NCBI RefSeq assembly: GCF_042679325.1
Contig: NZ_JBHTMJ010000012.1
Location: 198,766-222,765, forward strand
DNA from: Mucilaginibacter terrae
Lineage (GTDB): Bacteria > Bacteroidota > Bacteroidia > Sphingobacteriales > Sphingobacteriaceae
Direction: 5' to 3'
Length of the DNA stretch: 24,000 nucleotides
The number at the start of each line of letters is the position of its first letter. The first letter of the stretch is position 1. Position numbers and translations under genes: made by a program. The notes beneath the pieces are model-generated. The model ran no database searches. It had not been told where the DNA came from and worked only from the letters and a program-made list of their open reading frames with translations. This document shows positions 22,610 through 24,000 of this stretch, piece by piece.

Positions 22610-24000
22610 CTTTTTAAACAGCAGCTTTTCATTAGTGCCTGGCTTAGTAACTGAAACATCTGACCATTCTACCGACTGCTCGATACAGTGCATAACCTGC
22701 TTATAAGTTAATTGTGGATAGTAGTTCCAGATTAGGGCAGCCAGTCCCGCTGCGGTAGGTGAAGCATAACTTGTCCCGGAGTCCGTGTTATAATTATCAT
22801 GGAAAGCAGTGGAATAAATACGATCACCAGGGGCAAAAAAATCAACTGTTTTTTTACCATAATTACTGTATTGCCAAACAAGGTCAGCACCAGACGTAGT
22901 GGCACCAACTGTGAATAGATTATTAGCCCTTGTACCGTTTGCGAACGTAGGAGATGGGTAATTAATAATGGAGTCATTATCTGCTGCGTCATTACCAGCG
23001 GCAGCAAATATTAACACTCCTTTGGAGCCTGCATACCGAACGGCGTTATCTACCAATTCTTTTTGCGGAGATGTTTGCTTCCCCAAACTGATATTGATAA
23101 TTTTCGCACCATTATTTACCGCATATTGAATAGCGTTTGCAACATCTTTATCCCGCTCTTCACCAATTACTTTCGGCGTCACAATTTGGATCGGCATAAC
23201 TTCTACCCATGCAGCTATTCCTTTTATTCCGGAGTCGATCTGTGCTGCGGCGATGATGCCTGCTACTCCGTTACCGTGTGATATTGCCGGGGTCATTCGG
23301 GCATTGCCATAGTAAACGTTGGCGTTGGTATAAGGATCATCCCCCGGAGATTTTTTCCGAAACCAGGTCACATCGTTATGATCTATAATGGTTGTAGCAG
23401 TTTCATACTCGCCTTTGTAAAGGTCAACTACTGACTGGTACCCTTTAATAACCGCTTGAAGTGTTACTTTATTTCTTCTGGCAGTATCATTCCGCAAAAC
23501 ACCGGGTAACATCGTGCTTTGTGCCTTGATAACATCTGAATCCGCATCTACCGAAACTTTTGCATTGATGATGTCCCTTAAATAAATTGAATCTGTATGT
23601 AAGCTATTTTTCCAATAGGTATTAAGCAGCTTTAATGCAACAATTGCGGGTTCGGTTCTCTCGAAGATGCGTTTCCGCAAAGCCAGGTTTTCCTCCGTTT
23701 GCTTTTTCATTTCTTTCCAATACTTAAATTTGGGGTTTAAGGTATCGGTCGAATTTTCATACACATTTTTGAATTTCACGTACTCCCGTATGCAGTCATA
23801 AGTTTCCGCTTCACAATCGCCAACAAAATTCCACCCGTGTATATCATCAACATAGCCGTTACCATCATCATCCACGCCATTGCCGGCAATCTCTTTTTGA
23901 TTGGTCCATATACCGTGGCTAAATGCAGGATGCGAGATATCCATACCTACATCAATAATGGCTACAATTACTTTCTGCTTAGGTTTTTTATTCTTTAATA
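22427..24000 (-). CDS. S8 (subtilisin-like) serine peptidase, 5' end outside the window
   Basis: The frame stays open upstream of the listed Met to nt 24000 (…KVIVAIIDVGMDISHP), giving the catalytic Asp motif. The His motif is SHGNGVAG and the Ser motif is SGTSYASPTAAG. The last ~40 codons are antisense to the oxidoreductase fragment, so the true C-terminus is uncertain. Confidence 0.85.
   Translation of the reverse strand, partial: LKNKKPKQKVIVAIIDVGMDISHPAFSHGIWTNQKEIAGNGVDDDGNGYVDDIHGWNFVGDCEAETYDCIREYVKFKNVYENSTDTLNPKFKYWKEMKKQTEENLALRKRIFERTEPAIVALKLLNTYWKNSLHTDSIYLRDIINAKVSVDADSDVIKAQSTMLPGVLRNDTARRNKVTLQAVIKGYQSVVDLYKGEYETATTIIDHNDVTWFRKKSPGDDPYTNANVYYGNARMTPAISHGNGVAGIIAAAQIDSGIKGIAAWVEVMPIQIVTPKVIGEERDKDVANAIQYAVNNGAKIINISLGKQTSPQKELVDNAVRYAGSKGVLIFAAAGNDAADNDSIINYPSPTFANGTRANNLFTVGATTSGADLVWQYSNYGKKTVDFFAPGDRIYSTAFHDNYNTDSGTSYASPTAAGLAALIWNYYPQLTYKQVMHCIEQSVEWSDVSVTKPGTNEKLLFKKLSRTGGVINAYNALLIAGKMHKLRIASVARKVRNPINLITCFQRCNLSSGFHNYSGSIPT

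Noticed and set aside
90-23281. About 30 short ORFs of 60-127 aa in the supplied track lie inside or antisense to the longer genes. Examples are 90..275, 861..1166, 3753..3953, 4211..4426, 5327..6190, 7365..7676, 7801..8172, 8257..8535, 8839..9176, 11689..12021, 12841..13157, 13608..13823, 14726..15170, 15877..16294, 18013..18663, 19358..19840, 20397..21094, 22216..22413 and 22491..23281.
   Set aside because: Each overlaps a longer ORF with clear family motifs. Their translations are low-complexity or have no recognisable motifs. They are densest where GC appears higher, as expected for shadow ORFs.
1-24000. A search for CRISPR arrays, rRNA or tRNA genes, transposases, integrases, toxin-antitoxin pairs or recognisable phage-defence genes.
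   Set aside because: I saw no regularly spaced direct repeats, no recombinase or transposase motifs and no RNA gene signatures in any frame or strand. The putative island has no visible mobility genes or flanking direct repeats.

Overview
The window looks like Bacteroidota chromosome, probably Sphingobacteriaceae-like (inferred from protein families, lipoprotein and signal-peptide style and short leaders; not verified). I read four blocks. (1) 1-4463 (+): a tightly coupled sugar-acid operon of class-III aminotransferase, SDR, a fused HAD-phosphatase/NeuB-type synthase, a fatty-acid-hydroxylase-family membrane protein and an SMR transporter. (2) 4777-13787: an envelope and redox stress module. 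It holds a thioredoxin-like lipoprotein, an NRDE/ATP-grasp fusion, DinB, DoxX, two YHS paralogs, a DM13 lipoprotein, a beta-barrel-like protein, a DUF1223/cytochrome b/Mo-oxidoreductase operon, an ECF sigma factor with a minimal soluble zinc anti-sigma factor, and a secreted Met/Lys-rich mini-protein. The main finding is that all five transcription units in this block carry the same bipartite motif, TGTAAGG-N15-CGAC (CTAC in one), 18-28 nt upstream of the start codon. This suggests one compact, autoregulated ECF regulon. (3) 14742-21322: a block of six enzyme genes that appears more GC-rich (two GT2, a GT-B, a PIG-L deacetylase/NodS-like methyltransferase fusion, an ACAD-fold flavoenzyme and a GT4). 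About 0.9 kb of ORF-poor spacer lies on each side, so it may be an acquired glycoconjugate island of unknown product. (4) 22238-24000: a truncated quinone-oxidoreductase remnant abutting an S8 peptidase gene whose reading frame runs on into the remnant's antisense strand. I saw no rRNA, tRNA, CRISPR array, transposase or integrase.
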